NCBI GenBank assembly: GCA_037447605.1
Contig: CM074808.1
Coordinates: forward strand, 1,922,001 to 1,986,000
DNA length: 64,000 nt
Source: Zygnema circumcarinatum SAG 698-1b
Taxonomy: Eukaryota; Plantae; Zygnematophyceae
Direction: 5' to 3'
Positions 62,148 to 64,000 of the stretch are shown piece after piece. The notes below the pieces were generated by a model. The model was not told the origin of the DNA. It was given only the letters and a program-made list of their open reading frames with translations, and did not search any database. How positions within the stretch are numbered: the first letter of the stretch is position 1; each line of letters opens with the position of its first letter. Position numbers and translations under genes: made by a program.

Positions 62148-62335
62148 AGCAAGGAAAATGGCATTGAACTCACGATGGCGAGGCAAAAGACAAAAGACAA
62201 AAGACAAAAGCAACATGTGGAACCACGAGGAACTGGTCGCAAAGGACCTAAGAACAAAAGACAAAATCTAGGAACGGAAAACTACGCCTCGGCGCAACAA
62301 CGCAGCCCCTAGAAGCAGCCGAATCACATGGTCAT
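62148..62335 (+). repeat. Copy of dispersed MARPS...GRKGPK repeat with internal (CAAAAGA)3
   Basis: ggaaaatggcattgaactcacgatggcgagg...gtggaaccacgaggaactggtcgcaaaggacctaag...actacgcc...ctagaagc. Confidence 0.75.
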
Positions 62336-62707
62336 TCTGCAGCGGCGGAGGGGCTCGCCCTTGTTCTCACTGATTTTGCCCTTCTCTGCGCTTTATGTGG
62401 CTGCCAAAAAGGCGCATTTCTGGGAGTGGCTGTATTGATACATGTCAATAAAAGACGAAAACAATTGAGGAACACAAGTTTTTACGATAAAAGCTAAAAT
62501 TAAATCGTGGTTACCATATGAAATTGAACGAACTCAAATGAAAGAGTATGTGTAACAGCAGCAGCAACACTACTGTGACAACACATGCAATTATTTACTG
62601 CCCAAATCCGTTTCTTCGAGGCAACCATTTAAAAATAGACCACAGAAACCAAGAACCTGAATACTTCGTTCAGTCAAAATCAATAAAGAAACAACACTAT
62701 CCGTTGT

Positions 62708-62963
62708 CTAGCTAGGATCACCTCCAAATCCAAAGCGAAAGCCTCCATTCTGCGTGTCAACAGCCGCTGTCCAAAATGAAGCCTTTTTCTTCTTTTCCAT
62801 GCGTTCCTGCTCTGCCTTCCGGAGCATTTCCAACTCCTGAGGAAATGCTTCATTAAACCGAGCAAGAAACCGATCATGTAAAGACTCCCGATCACGTGTG
62901 CCGGACACGAGCGCACATGCATTTGGACGCTTCAGGAACTCCAAAACCGTCAGAATATTCCGC
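62708..62963 (-). CDS. Terminal exon of an unidentified gene extending beyond the window
   Basis: Acceptor tgtgcag| at 62963; RNILTVLEFLKRPNACALV...KKKKASFWTAAVDTQNGGFRFGFGGDPS*. Confidence 0.55.
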
Positions 62964-63084
62964 CTGCACAGGGTTGAAACGAACTCAGCTGCAACCAAGA
63001 GGTGCAATTGTCTTCACACAATGACTGCAACCAGCCTACGACACTCCGACTCCAGTTCAACGACCAGCTCTAACCAGATACCCT

Positions 63085-63866
<782 letters not shown>

Positions 63867-64000
63867 CCAGTAAGGTACGGACTAGGACTACTTCCGCTCA
63901 GCTTGAATAATAAAAGGCGTCGTGACACAGATCATTTGTATTGCCTTCCAAACCTCAACAAAAAAATTCCGAATAAATAATGAAGCTGAATCGACCATAA

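Overview
Eukaryotic, intron-containing genomic DNA. The gene set (CHX antiporter, ERD6-like sugar transporter, F-box/kelch, plant-type neutral ceramidase, plastid-type proteins) suggests a streptophyte green alga or plant; this is inference. N-gaps lie at 1122-1221, 4435-4445, 7685-7694 and 8724-8733. Bases ~1-17,000 are a repeat/transposon block: a TA-flanked MITE family embedded in a degenerate ~0.73-kb tandem unit, a decayed Ty1/copia pol, and what appears to be two oppositely oriented, degenerate Crypton-type (tyrosine recombinase) transposon remnants. One of these ends in a clean GCR1_C-like DNA-binding domain preceded by a 12-bp tandem array. Bases ~17,000-63,000 are gene-rich: TPR-like plastid protein, neutral ceramidase, CHX, ABM-barrel protein, ERD6-like transporter, F-box/kelch, TRAPPC4, a two-exon orphan, VPS60/CHMP5, RlmH, a CxxS thioredoxin+ERp29-type PDI, and the last exon of another gene. 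Two TSD-bounded Mutator-like elements and a dispersed ~150-bp repeat that preserves a reading frame are interspersed. The window ends in a ~0.75-kb (GA)n tract. All domain calls come from manual motif recognition; no database search was run.
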